Shown: positions 17,558-27,724, counted from the first letter of the stretch. The stretch: 57,349 nt of DNA from an uncultured Gammaproteobacteria bacterium (GCA_964645825.1 CAZXZY010000002.1:1-57349); one strand, 5' to 3'. Notes: generated from the sequence alone by a model not told the origin. Program-made: numbers and translations.

Positions 17558-18478
17558 TTAAATAACAAATTGCACTTCTTCCATTAATTGCACGCCATAC
17601 TTATCACGAATTTGTTGTTTTATTAAACTAGTGAGCATAATTACGTTCTCGGCTGTAGCATTATCGGTGTTAATAATATAGTTAGCATGTTGCTCAGAAA
17701 CTTGAGCGCCACCTATTAATTTACCTTTTAAACCAGCTTTTTCTATTAAATAGCCAGCGGGGATCTTTTTGTGAGCAGAAAACTTCTCTATTTCTATTCC
17801 GCGTTTAGCTAAATCATCAATATCAACTGTGGAAAAATCAATATTCTTAAAAATACAGCCAGCTGATGGTTTATTTGGATGATTGGCTTGTCTGGTTGCT
17901 AATCTTTCTTTAACTAAATTTTTAACCTCTTCTATATCCCCTTTTTCTAGATTTAAAGTAGTTTCTAAAATAATATATTTTTTTTCTTTAAAAATGCTAT
18001 GACGATAAGCAAAATTTGCTTGTTCATTAGTCATTTCTTGTAAATCAAAATTTTCGTCTAGATACTTTATGCTGACAACTACATCATTCATGCCTTTACC
18101 GAAAGTTCCAGCATTACCGCGGACCGCTCCGCCAACTGTGCCGGGAATGCCAGCAGCAAATTCTAAACCAGTTAAATTTTTAGCTAATGCTTGATTTAGT
18201 AAAAAAGCTAAAATTACTCCAGCACCTACTTTGACCTCTGCATCTTGAAAATCTATCTTATCTAAATCTAATTTTATTACCAAGCCTTTGATGCCGTCGT
18301 CTGAAATTAATAAATTACTGCCACCACCCAAAATAAAGATTGCTAAACTATTTTCTTTGGCAAAACTAATTGCTTCTTGCACTTCCTCAATACTTTTGAC
18401 TACAACAAAATTTTCAGCCGGACCGCCAATTTTAAAAGTCGTATATTGAGCAAGTGAAATATTTTTTTGAATATCCAT
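17558..18478 (-). CDS. murB: UDP-N-acetylenolpyruvoylglucosamine reductase
   Basis: TTFKIGGPAENFV ... ILGGGSNLLISD ... AGIPGTVGGAVRGNAG ... SAGCIFKN. Confidence 0.92.
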   Translation of the reverse strand: MDIQKNISLAQYTTFKIGGPAENFVVVKSIEEVQEAISFAKENSLAIFILGGGSNLLISDDGIKGLVIKLDLDKIDFQDAEVKVGAGVILAFLLNQALAKNLTGLEFAAGIPGTVGGAVRGNAGTFGKGMNDVVVSIKYLDENFDLQEMTNEQANFAYRHSIFKEKKYIILETTLNLEKGDIEEVKNLVKERLATRQANHPNKPSAGCIFKNIDFSTVDIDDLAKRGIEIEKFSAHKKIPAGYLIEKAGLKGKLIGGAQVSEQHANYIINTDNATAENVIMLTSLIKQQIRDKYGVQLMEEVQFVI

Positions 18479-18481
18479 ATT

Positions 18482-19846
18482 TTAATCAACTAATTCTCTA
18501 GCTAAATCATCAATATCTCCAGCGCCGATAAATAATAACACAGCATCGACTGGATTTATTTTTTTGATTTTATTTTTAATAGCCGCAAAGTCTGCAGCGT
18601 AATGTTTACGTGGATGTTGCATCTTATCTATCAAATCTTGACTACTAACCTCTTCATGCTCTTTATCTTCTCGCCCACCAACTTGATAAATCTCAGAAAT
18701 AATAACCTGATCAGCCAAATCAAAACTAACTGAAAATTCATTTAACAAAGTTTTAGTTCTATTATGATGATGCGGTTGAAAAATTGTGATCAATTTTTTG
18801 TCAGGATAAAAATCTTTAGCCGCTTTTAATAAACCTTTTATTGCATCAGGATGATGAGCGTAATCAGAAATAACTAAATTACTTGTGAACTTGCCCAATA
18901 CTTCAAAACGACGCCAAGTACCTGTGAATTCATTTAAGCCATTCCAAATTTGATGTTTATTAGCCTCTAAATGCCCGGCAGCTGTTGCTGCAGCTGTTGC
19001 ATTATAGACATTGTATAAACCTGGTAGAGCTAAAGAAAATTGCATTTTATCAGCGTTGATTTTACTAATATCAAAATTTTGTTTACCGGGTTCTGTCTTT
19101 AGATCACTAAATAAATAATCAGCTGATTGTTGACCACCAAAAGTTAAAATATTTTTGGCTTTAATATCAGCACTGTTTATGTCGTCGATGTTTTTGATCA
19201 ACACTCCGTCCTCTGGTAATTTATCGACAAACTTTTGAAAATGTTTTTTGATATCATCTAGGTCTTTATAAAAATCTAAATGATCTTCAGCTATATTTGT
19301 GAGTACAATTACATCAGGATCGATCTCTAACATATGAGCTTGCCATTCGCAAGCTTCAACTACTAAAATATCAGATGAGCCTGCTCTGAAATTACTATTC
19401 CATTGTGGCACTAAGCTTCCGACGATCACCGTGGGATCAAGACCGGCTTTTTCCAAAATCAAGCCCAACATCGCTGTAGTGGTTGTTTTGCCGTTAGTGC
19501 CAGTGACAGCGATAGTTTTATAGCTCTTGCTCAAATGTCCAAGAAATTCAAAATAACTCAAAATAGGAATGTTTAATTCCCGGGCTTTGATGAGTTCTGG
19601 ATGATCACTTGGTAAAGCAGAAGTATAAACAAATAAATTAACTTTATTATTTATATTGTCTGCTTTTTGAATATAATTTATATAAACTCCCCTATCTTCC
19701 AAACGCTTGGTTACTTCGGATTTTACATTATCCGAACCTTCTACTTCTTTTTGTTGGTGCAAAAAATAATAGGCAATAGCAGACAAACCAATGCCGCCAA
19801 TGCCAGCTAAATAGACTTTATTTACTTTGCTTAAATCTAAATCCAT
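18482..19846 (-). CDS. murC: UDP-N-acetylmuramate--L-alanine ligase
   Basis: GIGGIGLSAIA, P-loop VTGTNGKTTTTAM, and Mur ligase middle and C-terminal domains. Confidence 0.92.
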   Translation of the reverse strand: MDLDLSKVNKVYLAGIGGIGLSAIAYYFLHQQKEVEGSDNVKSEVTKRLEDRGVYINYIQKADNINNKVNLFVYTSALPSDHPELIKARELNIPILSYFEFLGHLSKSYKTIAVTGTNGKTTTTAMLGLILEKAGLDPTVIVGSLVPQWNSNFRAGSSDILVVEACEWQAHMLEIDPDVIVLTNIAEDHLDFYKDLDDIKKHFQKFVDKLPEDGVLIKNIDDINSADIKAKNILTFGGQQSADYLFSDLKTEPGKQNFDISKINADKMQFSLALPGLYNVYNATAAATAAGHLEANKHQIWNGLNEFTGTWRRFEVLGKFTSNLVISDYAHHPDAIKGLLKAAKDFYPDKKLITIFQPHHHNRTKTLLNEFSVSFDLADQVIISEIYQVGGREDKEHEEVSSQDLIDKMQHPRKHYAADFAAIKNKIKKINPVDAVLLFIGAGDIDDLARELVD

Positions 19847-19855
19847 TATTTTTGC

Positions 19856-20878
19856 TTATTTAAGCACATCTTCTATTAATTTAATATACTTGTCAACTGG
19901 ATTTTTGGGAAATAAATTATACAAGTTTTCACCTAAAGCTTGCTGAAATTTTTTGTTGGGTAACAATTTATTTAAATAACGATCCAAAATTTGGCGACTA
20001 CCTTGTCTTACCATAATGGCAGCGTTGTTTTGAGCAAAAAACTTAGCATTATCTTCTTGGTGACTATCTGGAATAGGAATAATGATTAAAGCTTTTTTTA
20101 AGGCTGCCGCTTCTGTGGTCAAAGAAAGTCCAGCTCGAGAAATAATAATATCAGCCTGACTTAATAATTCTGTCATGCCTTCTGCTAAAAATTTATAAGC
20201 TTGATAATTTGGCAAGTCTAAAGCTTGATCATAATTTTTAGCTCCTACTATATGATATACCTTGTGTGTTTCTGTAAGCCGCGGAATAAATTCTTCTAAA
20301 AATTGATTGAAATTCCTAGCACCCAACCCTCCGCCAGTAATAACTATAGATGCTTGATCAGTTTTTTTCTCATCACCAACTCTAACTGGGTTTCCAGTGA
20401 CAATAACTTTTTCTGCTTTAAACAAATGTTTACTAGCATCAAAAGTAACGGATATTTTTTTGGCTACTGGTGCCATTAATTTATTTGCTAAGCCAACTCC
20501 AATATCTTGTTGATGAACAATAACCGGAATCCGTAAAAGCCAAGCAGCCCAGACTACTGGCACAGCAACAAAACTTCCAGCAGTAAGTACGATGTCTGGT
20601 TTAAATTTTATTAATAAAAATAGACTTTGCCAAAAAGCTAACTTTATTTTAAAAATATCTACAAAATTTTGCCAAGAAAAATAACGACGTAGTTTACCAC
20701 TAACAATTTCTTTAAATTCTAAACCAACTGAGGCTACAACATTTTTTTCTGGACCGTGGCTTGTGCCAACAAATAAATAATCCGCTGGATATTTCTCAGC
20801 TACAGCTAAAAGTGGGCTAACAGAACCCAGTGTTCCGCCGCCAACTAATAATATTTTTTTGTATTTATTCTGTTTCAT
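19856..20878 (-). CDS. murG: Undecaprenyl-PP-MurNAc-pentapeptide GlcNAc transferase
   Basis: ILLVGGGTLGSVSPLLAVAE ... ISRAGLSLTTEAAALKKALIIIPIPDSHQEDNAKFF (GT28). Confidence 0.88.
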   Translation of the reverse strand: MKQNKYKKILLVGGGTLGSVSPLLAVAEKYPADYLFVGTSHGPEKNVVASVGLEFKEIVSGKLRRYFSWQNFVDIFKIKLAFWQSLFLLIKFKPDIVLTAGSFVAVPVVWAAWLLRIPVIVHQQDIGVGLANKLMAPVAKKISVTFDASKHLFKAEKVIVTGNPVRVGDEKKTDQASIVITGGGLGARNFNQFLEEFIPRLTETHKVYHIVGAKNYDQALDLPNYQAYKFLAEGMTELLSQADIIISRAGLSLTTEAAALKKALIIIPIPDSHQEDNAKFFAQNNAAIMVRQGSRQILDRYLNKLLPNKKFQQALGENLYNLFPKNPVDKYIKLIEDVLK

Positions 20879-21843
20879 TAATTTAAATCATATTCTCCTG
20901 TAAGAGGAACAAAATAGTTGTGTCTATTTCCACCCCAAGGGCTCCAGCCCGTACCTCCATCATCACACCCAGCGCCAGTGCCACCTGGAATGGCGCCATC
21001 TGGACCCTCATAACAATCTTTACCCCTAAAAAAGTATCTTTTAAAATTGAAAAACATATCTGGGTCACTTTCTTGGGTAGGGCAAAAAGAAAGTACATTA
21101 TCAATTCTCTCCTCTGGTCTTGATTCATTCTCTAAATCAGCAGCCAAAAGAACTAAAGTACGATCACTATCTACGCCATAACACCATTTAGAGAAAGAAT
21201 TTGTGGAATCAGCTATCCAATACAAAGTTGGGTGAATGTAGTCACAGTAAGCATCCAAGCAGCCGCCATTATTACAACAAGTATCCCAACCACTACAAGT
21301 ATCCGGAGGTGGCTCGGGACAGGCTACGTCCCAAGTCATAGGAGGCCAATCACTGGTATCAAAAATTAAATAAATTGGACCCCAATACAGATAAACATGA
21401 TGATGATTTATGGGCTCTGCATCACTATCGGAAGTCCAGCCATTAATATCATTAATAGGATCTTCAATATAATCATCCAGATAACCACCTTGCACTGTGA
21501 CGTTTCTGGTCACAAGGCCAGTAGAGGTTCTGTAAACTAAGTCCAAGTCTCCTCCTTCCACTAGCACTGGCAACATCGTTTCATCGGCGTCTGTTGACCA
21601 ATCAACACCACTATATTCTTGTGCGCTATAATAATTATTAGGCGGATATTGACCGTGATCAGCCTTAAAAAGTTCCAAGGCTCTAGCTAACTTATGCAAA
21701 TCAGCCCGACGCTTATTATCTCTGACGGTCTGTCTGATCTCTGAAATACCAATATAAGCGACACTCGATAATATAGCCATAATTCCTGTGACTATTAAAA
21801 GTTCAACTAAAGTGAAGCCTAATTTTTTGTTAAAAAATTTCAT
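20878..21843 (-). CDS. Type IV pilin-like / pseudopilin protein with large Cys-, Trp-, Asp- and Pro-rich C-terminal domain
   Basis: Class III signal peptide MKFFNKKLG/FTLVELLIVTGIMAILSSVA (G-F cleavage, Glu5). Cys cluster CPEPPPDTCSGWDTCCNNGGCLDAYCDY. Its stop overlaps the murG start (TAATG). Confidence 0.8.
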   Translation of the reverse strand: MKFFNKKLGFTLVELLIVTGIMAILSSVAYIGISEIRQTVRDNKRRADLHKLARALELFKADHGQYPPNNYYSAQEYSGVDWSTDADETMLPVLVEGGDLDLVYRTSTGLVTRNVTVQGGYLDDYIEDPINDINGWTSDSDAEPINHHHVYLYWGPIYLIFDTSDWPPMTWDVACPEPPPDTCSGWDTCCNNGGCLDAYCDYIHPTLYWIADSTNSFSKWCYGVDSDRTLVLLAADLENESRPEERIDNVLSFCPTQESDPDMFFNFKRYFFRGKDCYEGPDGAIPGGTGAGCDDGGTGWSPWGGNRHNYFVPLTGEYDLN

Positions 21844-21847
21844 ATTT

Positions 21848-23014
21848 TTAATTTCTAAGTTCTGTAAATCTAGATATATTTGCTAAAATGCCAATGCCTA
21901 ACAAGGTAACCAACAAATTGGTTCCACCCAGAGACACAAAAGGCAGTGGCACGCCAGTCAATGGCAATAAACCAATGATGGAGGCAATGTTGATGAAAAT
22001 TTGAGCTGATAACCAAACAACAATGCCCAAGGCTATTAGTTTACCAAAATTATCGGTGGTATGACGAATAATATGAAAACCACGAATCATTAATATAACA
22101 AACAATAAAACAAATAACACGGTAAAAATAAAACCAATTTCTTCGGCCACAATGGCAAAAATACTGTCGCCAGCTGGTTCGGGTAAATAATTAAATTTTT
22201 GTCTAGAATATCCCAAGCCCAAGCCCCACCAACCACCAGAACCTACAGCTATTAAGGCTTGGCGAATTTGATAAGTAATGCCTAGTGGATCTTTTTCTGG
22301 ATCTAAGAAGGCTATAAAACGATTTAAACGATATGGAGCGGCTTTGACCATAAGCACCAAGGCTAATAAACCAGCACTTATAATCGCTAATAAATGTTTA
22401 ATATTGGCACCAGCTACAAAATACATAGCCAGCGAAGTCAAAATAATGATACTAAGTGTGCCAATGTCTGGCTGTAAAACTATAAGAGTAGAAATGATGA
22501 CTAAAAAAATGATAAATGGCCAAGCACCAAATTTCCAACTTTTAGTGCGTAAACCCGTTTTACTTAACCAAGCAGCTAAGAATATAATGAAACTTAATTT
22601 TACTAATTCACTTGTTTGTAAAGAAAAATTACCTAGCTGAATCCAAGATTTAGCTGAGGTGCCTTCTAGCTGCAATCCCGGAATAAAAACCATTAGCAAC
22701 AAAAAAATTGAAGCGAAGAAAAATAACTTAAAATATTTTTGATAAACTTGATAATTGATGCGCAAAGCAAAATAAAAAACAATCAACCCCGGAATCAAAC
22801 CATGCAAAATTTGTTGTCTAACAAAAAAATAAATATCCTGATCATGTTGATGAAAGGCTAAAGATGACGAAGTAGAAGATAAAAATAGTAGGCCAAAAAA
22901 TAAAAGCAGCCCAACCACCGTCAATAAAATGACATCTGGCTTATGTGATTGACGATCATCCAGAAAAGGAGCCAATAATAATTTCTTAATTTTATTTTGT
23001 TTTTTTCTGATCAT
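21848..23014 (-). CDS. ftsW: SEDS family peptidoglycan glycosyltransferase FtsW/RodA
   Basis: About 10 TM helices. PEPAGDSIFAIVAEEIGFIF and GLLPLTGVPLPFVSLGGTNL motifs. Confidence 0.9.
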   Translation of the reverse strand: MIRKKQNKIKKLLLAPFLDDRQSHKPDVILLTVVGLLLFFGLLFLSSTSSSLAFHQHDQDIYFFVRQQILHGLIPGLIVFYFALRINYQVYQKYFKLFFFASIFLLLMVFIPGLQLEGTSAKSWIQLGNFSLQTSELVKLSFIIFLAAWLSKTGLRTKSWKFGAWPFIIFLVIISTLIVLQPDIGTLSIIILTSLAMYFVAGANIKHLLAIISAGLLALVLMVKAAPYRLNRFIAFLDPEKDPLGITYQIRQALIAVGSGGWWGLGLGYSRQKFNYLPEPAGDSIFAIVAEEIGFIFTVLFVLLFVILMIRGFHIIRHTTDNFGKLIALGIVVWLSAQIFINIASIIGLLPLTGVPLPFVSLGGTNLLVTLLGIGILANISRFTELRN

Positions 23015-24404
23015 TTTTGACTAATGTTTCAAATACCCTTGCTCGTTCAAATTCATTAATAAACATATTAAAACTAGAAGCAGCTGGCGAAAATAAAATT
23101 ACTTCTTTAGCTTCAATATTTTGCTTGGCTAATTTCCAAGCAGTCGGCAAATCTTTTACATTAAAAATAATTTGCTTGTTATTATATTTTATTTTTTTTA
23201 ATTCATCTAACAACTTCTTACTACCAGAGCCAGATAATAAAATTAATTTGCTAACTTTTTGTTTAATTAGTTTAGCAAGTGGTTTATAATCTAAAACTTT
23301 ATCTTCACCACCCGCAATTAATAATAAATTTTTATCATTCATGGCACTTATAGCGGCCATAGCTGCATCCGGTGTAGAAGCAGTAGCATCATTAAAAATT
23401 TTTATATTTTTATATTTACCTAAAAATTGTAAACGATAATCTATGCCTTTAAATTTATTTACTACTTGTTCTATTTTTTTATTAGAAATTTTCAAAATTT
23501 TGGCTACACAAATAGCAGCGGCAATATTTGCTAGATTATGATACCCTGGTACTTTTATTTTATTAATTGGCATTACTAGCTCAATTTTTTTATTATTATA
23601 AAAATAAAAATTATTATTTTTTAAATACACGCCTTTAGCTTTTTTAGTCAAAGAAAAATAAAAAACCTTGGCTTTTGTTTTAGAGGCTAGATTTTTGGTA
23701 TGAATGTTATCAGCGTTTAAAATCGCATAATCTTTGACCGTTTGATTAGCGATAATAGCAATTTTAGCCTGTTTATATGCATTAAAATTTTTGTAGCGAT
23801 TGAGATGGTCAACTAAAACATTTGTAATCACTGCAATATGTGGCGATATTTTATATTCAGTTAAACCCTCTAAATGCCAACTAGACAACTCTAAGACTGG
23901 TAAGCTATCTTTTTTTAACTTATCTAAAACTGCAAACATTGGTGTGGTAGAAATATTACCAGCTACGACATTACTTGCTATTTTAGTTTTTAAGATCTGA
24001 TGTAACAAAGTTGTAACAGTGGACTTTCCTCTTGTGCCGGTGATACCGATAGAATCTCCAGCATATAAACCAAAAAACATTACTGCTTCATTAACGATCG
24101 GAATATTGTGACGACGAGCTTCTTGTAAGTATTTGGACTGCGGTGGTACACCAGGATTTTGAACAATTAAATCTTGATCTCTAAAATCTTCCAAATTATG
24201 CACACCGAGAATGTATTTGATATTTTTAGAGTTTTTTAATTTTGCCAACTTATTTAAAGTAGACTGAAGTTGTGTCTTAGTTTTTAAATCAGTGACTGTA
24301 ATTTGTGCTTTTTGTTTTAATAGCCAAGTAACAACTTGCAATCCTCCACCTTGCAAACCTAGACCCATTACTAAAACTTTTTTATTGTGCCAAGCTTTTA
24401 CCAT
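22992..24404 (-). CDS. murD: UDP-N-acetylmuramoylalanine--D-glutamate ligase
   Basis: VMGLGLQGGG Rossmann N-terminus, P-loop ITGTRGKSTVTTLL, and position between mraY and ftsW. Confidence 0.9.
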   Translation of the reverse strand: MVKAWHNKKVLVMGLGLQGGGLQVVTWLLKQKAQITVTDLKTKTQLQSTLNKLAKLKNSKNIKYILGVHNLEDFRDQDLIVQNPGVPPQSKYLQEARRHNIPIVNEAVMFFGLYAGDSIGITGTRGKSTVTTLLHQILKTKIASNVVAGNISTTPMFAVLDKLKKDSLPVLELSSWHLEGLTEYKISPHIAVITNVLVDHLNRYKNFNAYKQAKIAIIANQTVKDYAILNADNIHTKNLASKTKAKVFYFSLTKKAKGVYLKNNNFYFYNNKKIELVMPINKIKVPGYHNLANIAAAICVAKILKISNKKIEQVVNKFKGIDYRLQFLGKYKNIKIFNDATASTPDAAMAAISAMNDKNLLLIAGGEDKVLDYKPLAKLIKQKVSKLILLSGSGSKKLLDELKKIKYNNKQIIFNVKDLPTAWKLAKQNIEAKEVILFSPAASSFNMFINEFERARVFETLVKNDQKKTK

Positions 24405-25456
24405 AAACCAAGATCAATAATAGCTAAAATTAAACCAATAACGGCAGTCACACCAGAAATAATCCAAAAACGCATAACAATTTTTGGCTCCGACCAACCC
24501 TTGGCTTCAAAATGATGATGGATTGGTGCTGATAAAAATACTTTTTTCTTGCGAATTTTTTTGGATAAAAGCTGAATAATCACAGAAAGTGACTCTATTA
24601 ATAATAAGAAACCAATAATTGGTAATAACAGTGGATATCCAGTCAACATAGCAACAATACCCAGTGAAACACCCAGCGACATAGCGCCCGTGTCACCCAT
24701 GAAAAATCGAGCAGGATTAATATTGAACCACAAGAAGGCTAGTAAGCCACCACTAATGACTCCACAAAAAGCAGCTAAGTTGTAACTACCTTGCATAAAA
24801 GCAATGGTGCCATAAGTCGCAAAGGCAGCTAAAACAATGCCGCCAGCTAATCCATCAAGACCATCAGCTTCATTGACTGAAAAAGCAGTGGAAACAATGA
24901 CGAACACAAAGAAAGGAATAAACCACCAGCCCATACTAAATAGACCAACAAAAGGTACACGCACTACATCCCAATCTAATTTAAAATAAAACCACCAAGC
25001 GCCAAATAAAGCGATTAAGGTATAAATAACCAAACGATGTTTAACATTTAAACCACCACCTTTACCGCCACCTTGACGAGTAACATTAAACCAATCATCC
25101 AATAATCCAACTAAGGCTGAGGCAACTAAAGCACCCAGAGGTAAATAAGTTTCCGGACGAGTAAGAAAATTAAAAGCGGCTAAATAAGAATGAGGCCATA
25201 ACTGTGATATCCAAAAAAATACTAAGGCCAAAATCAAAGCCGTGAACCAAATCAAAACTCCGCCCATAGTTGGCGTGCCTGATTTTTTTTCATGCAGCTT
25301 TGAAAATATGGGCGTACTACCAGAATTACGAATATTTTTACCTAAACGATATTTGTATAGAAAATGAGTAAGTGCCGGCGTTAATAAAATAGCGACAATA
25401 AAAGCTAATGATGTAAGACTCAAGATCTTGATTACCATGAAATTTATCGGCATCAT
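24398..25456 (-). CDS. mraY: Phospho-N-acetylmuramoyl-pentapeptide transferase
   Basis: TPTMGGVLI ... LDDWFNV ... NEADGLDGLAGG ... FMGDTGAMSLG ... PIHHHFE. Confidence 0.95.
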   Translation of the reverse strand: MMPINFMVIKILSLTSLAFIVAILLTPALTHFLYKYRLGKNIRNSGSTPIFSKLHEKKSGTPTMGGVLIWFTALILALVFFWISQLWPHSYLAAFNFLTRPETYLPLGALVASALVGLLDDWFNVTRQGGGKGGGLNVKHRLVIYTLIALFGAWWFYFKLDWDVVRVPFVGLFSMGWWFIPFFVFVIVSTAFSVNEADGLDGLAGGIVLAAFATYGTIAFMQGSYNLAAFCGVISGGLLAFLWFNINPARFFMGDTGAMSLGVSLGIVAMLTGYPLLLPIIGFLLLIESLSVIIQLLSKKIRKKKVFLSAPIHHHFEAKGWSEPKIVMRFWIISGVTAVIGLILAIIDLGLW

Positions 25457-25812
25457 AAATTGTAGTTTAAGATATTAAAAAGATATATAAAAACCATAAA
25501 ATTAAGTAAAAAATTCAAAGTCAACAAAAAATAGCTTAAAACGCTCTCTTTAGTCCATAGACAAACTGCTAATAATAGATTTATTAAAGACGCTAACAAG
25601 ACTATACTTGGAACCAAAATCAGCCAAATCCAGTTTCCGACCACATCAAAGCCAAAATAAACATTATAGTGCAAAATAGCCAAAGGACTATGAACAATAG
25701 GCTTAAATAAAAACAAAACCCAACTAGCCACTAATAATAGCGCTGTTAGGTTGAGTAACCAAAAATTTAACCGGTCTTTATAAAAAACCTTGAAGTTCTT
25801 TAAATACAGCAT
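25453..25812 (-). CDS. Small integral membrane protein (3-4 TM), first gene of the mraY operon
   Basis: Hydrophobic 119-aa ORF with a 4-nt overlap onto the mraY start. No recognisable family. Confidence 0.5.
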   Translation of the reverse strand: MLYLKNFKVFYKDRLNFWLLNLTALLLVASWVLFLFKPIVHSPLAILHYNVYFGFDVVGNWIWLILVPSIVLLASLINLLLAVCLWTKESVLSYFLLTLNFLLNFMVFIYLFNILNYNL

Positions 25813-25903
25813 ATTTTTCTTTATTTTAACATAAATGGCTCAAAAAATCCATTCCCTAAAAAACCAAAATATTGTATAATTAAATAAACGTAAAATAAAC
25901 AAT

Positions 25904-26770
25904 ATGACTAAAAGCGCAACTCTAACCTCTTTAATCAAATCTAAGTCGTCATCTGCCAAAAACATTTTAGATGCTATTTTAAATGAGGCCATAAAAAAGA
26001 AGGCCACTAGTATTCATCTAGAAAGTTTTGACGATAAAATAAACTTACGTTATCGGATTGAAAATAAATTACAAAAAATAAAAGATTTACCAATAGCTTG
26101 GATGGAGATATTGGATAAACATCTAAAAAAATTGGCCAATCTAAGTGACGAACAAGATTTGCCACAAGAAGGTAAATTTAAAATAAAAATTGGCAAAGTT
26201 GATAAAAATTTGATTATTGGTTTCTGGCCAAAATTTGAAGGCAATAAAATAATCATCAAAATACTTGATGAGCATCTGTTAAACCAGCTACCTTTTAGCA
26301 AACAAGATATTACTTGGCTACATGATAATTTGTTACAAAAAAACGGCCTAGTCTTATTAACCCAGGTAAAATTATTAGATAAAAATAAAATCCTCTACTC
26401 TCTCTTGCGTGAAGTACAAAATGAACACTTAGACATTTTTACTCTAGAAGATTTTATTGAATGTCCATTGCCTGGCATTCACCAACAGCAACTAGACAAC
26501 TGGGAAGATGAAAAGGTGTCTCGACACCTGCAAGCTTTACTTAGACATAATCCCGATGTAATAATGATATCAAAAATCACTGGTCCAAAACTGGCCAGAG
26601 ATATTATTGATGCCGCCATGACTAATCAAATTGTTTTTGCTTATTTGCCAAGTAGTGACCTGCAAGATGGCTTAGATTATCTGGCCAGCTGTGGCATTGA
26701 CCCTTATATCTTAGAAAGTGCCCTGACTGCAACCATTATTCAACAAGGTGATAAATATAAAATTGCTTAA
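25904..26770 (+). CDS. GspE/PilB-like secretion ATPase homologue with degenerate catalytic motifs (probable pseudo-ATPase)
   Basis: ATSIHLESFDDKINLRYRIENKL and LPQEGKFKIKIG...GNKIIIKILD match the GspE core. The Walker A position reads LLTQVKLLDKNKILYSLL, Walker B reads DVIMISKI, and the His-box region reads FAYLPSSD. Confidence 0.6.
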   Translation: MTKSATLTSLIKSKSSSAKNILDAILNEAIKKKATSIHLESFDDKINLRYRIENKLQKIKDLPIAWMEILDKHLKKLANLSDEQDLPQEGKFKIKIGKVDKNLIIGFWPKFEGNKIIIKILDEHLLNQLPFSKQDITWLHDNLLQKNGLVLLTQVKLLDKNKILYSLLREVQNEHLDIFTLEDFIECPLPGIHQQQLDNWEDEKVSRHLQALLRHNPDVIMISKITGPKLARDIIDAAMTNQIVFAYLPSSDLQDGLDYLASCGIDPYILESALTATIIQQGDKYKIA

Positions 26771-26775
26771 AAAAG

Positions 26776-26997
26776 TTAAACTGCTCGAACTTCCTTAACT
26801 TCAGGGAGTTCTTTTTTTATTTCTTTGGCAATAAAATCTCGCAAAGTAAATTGAGCCATCGGACAACCTTTGCAGGCGCCCTCTAATTCTAACTCGACCA
26901 CACCTTTTTCTCTGTCGTAGTTTACTAATTTCATGTCTCCTCCGTCAGCTTGTAACCCAGGACGAATTTTATCTAAAACTTTATTTAATTTATCCAT
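26776..26997 (-). CDS. NifU-like (Nfu C-terminal domain) Fe-S cluster protein
   Basis: IRPGLQADGGDMKLV ... LEGACKGCPMAQFTL. Confidence 0.8.
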   Translation of the reverse strand: MDKLNKVLDKIRPGLQADGGDMKLVNYDREKGVVELELEGACKGCPMAQFTLRDFIAKEIKKELPEVKEVRAV

Positions 26998-27001
26998 AAA
27001 T

Positions 27002-27724
27002 TTATTTGTTTCTTAATTCCGCAACTTTGTTTGCAGCTTCTAGTAAAGTATCAAATGTGCCGGTGTCTAACCAAAAGCCACCATATTTAACAACATCTAA
27101 TTGATTATCAGCCAAATATAAATTATTTACATCTGTAATCTCTAGCTCACCACGAGCCGATGGTTTTATGTTTTTGGCTTTTTCTATTACGCTTGAATCA
27201 AAAACATACAACCCAGTAACTGCAAAATTACTCTTTGGCAAGCTAGGCTTTTCTTCTATGCTAATAACCTGATTATTAGCATCAAATTCAGCTATACCAA
27301 ATCTTTGTGGATCAGGCACTTGTTTTACAAAAATTTTACCGCCCGTTTTAAATGAAGTAACCGCTTCTTTCAATGCTTCATCTTGACCAATAAAAATATT
27401 ATCGCCCAAAATCATGGTAACATCATCATCACCAATAAAATCTTTACCAATTATAAATGCTTGGGCTAAGCCTTCTGGTTTTTCCTGTACTTTATAAACT
27501 ATGCTAATATCAAAATCTTTTCCATCGCCTAATAGTTTTTTAAAATTATCAATATTCATTGGATCAGAAATTATTAAAATCTCTTTGATGCCGGCATTAA
27601 TCAAAGTTTCTAAGGGATAATAAATCATTGGCCGATCATAAACAGGCAATAATTGCTTGCTTGTTACTTTGGTTAGTGGATGTAATCTGGTACCTGCTCC
27701 ACCAGCTAAGATAATTCCTTTCAT
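27002..27724 (-). CDS. rmlA: Glucose-1-phosphate thymidylyltransferase (short form)
   Basis: [38 protein letters not shown]. Confidence 0.85.
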   Translation of the reverse strand: MKGIILAGGAGTRLHPLTKVTSKQLLPVYDRPMIYYPLETLINAGIKEILIISDPMNIDNFKKLLGDGKDFDISIVYKVQEKPEGLAQAFIIGKDFIGDDDVTMILGDNIFIGQDEALKEAVTSFKTGGKIFVKQVPDPQRFGIAEFDANNQVISIEEKPSLPKSNFAVTGLYVFDSSVIEKAKNIKPSARGELEITDVNNLYLADNQLDVVKYGGFWLDTGTFDTLLEAANKVAELRNK

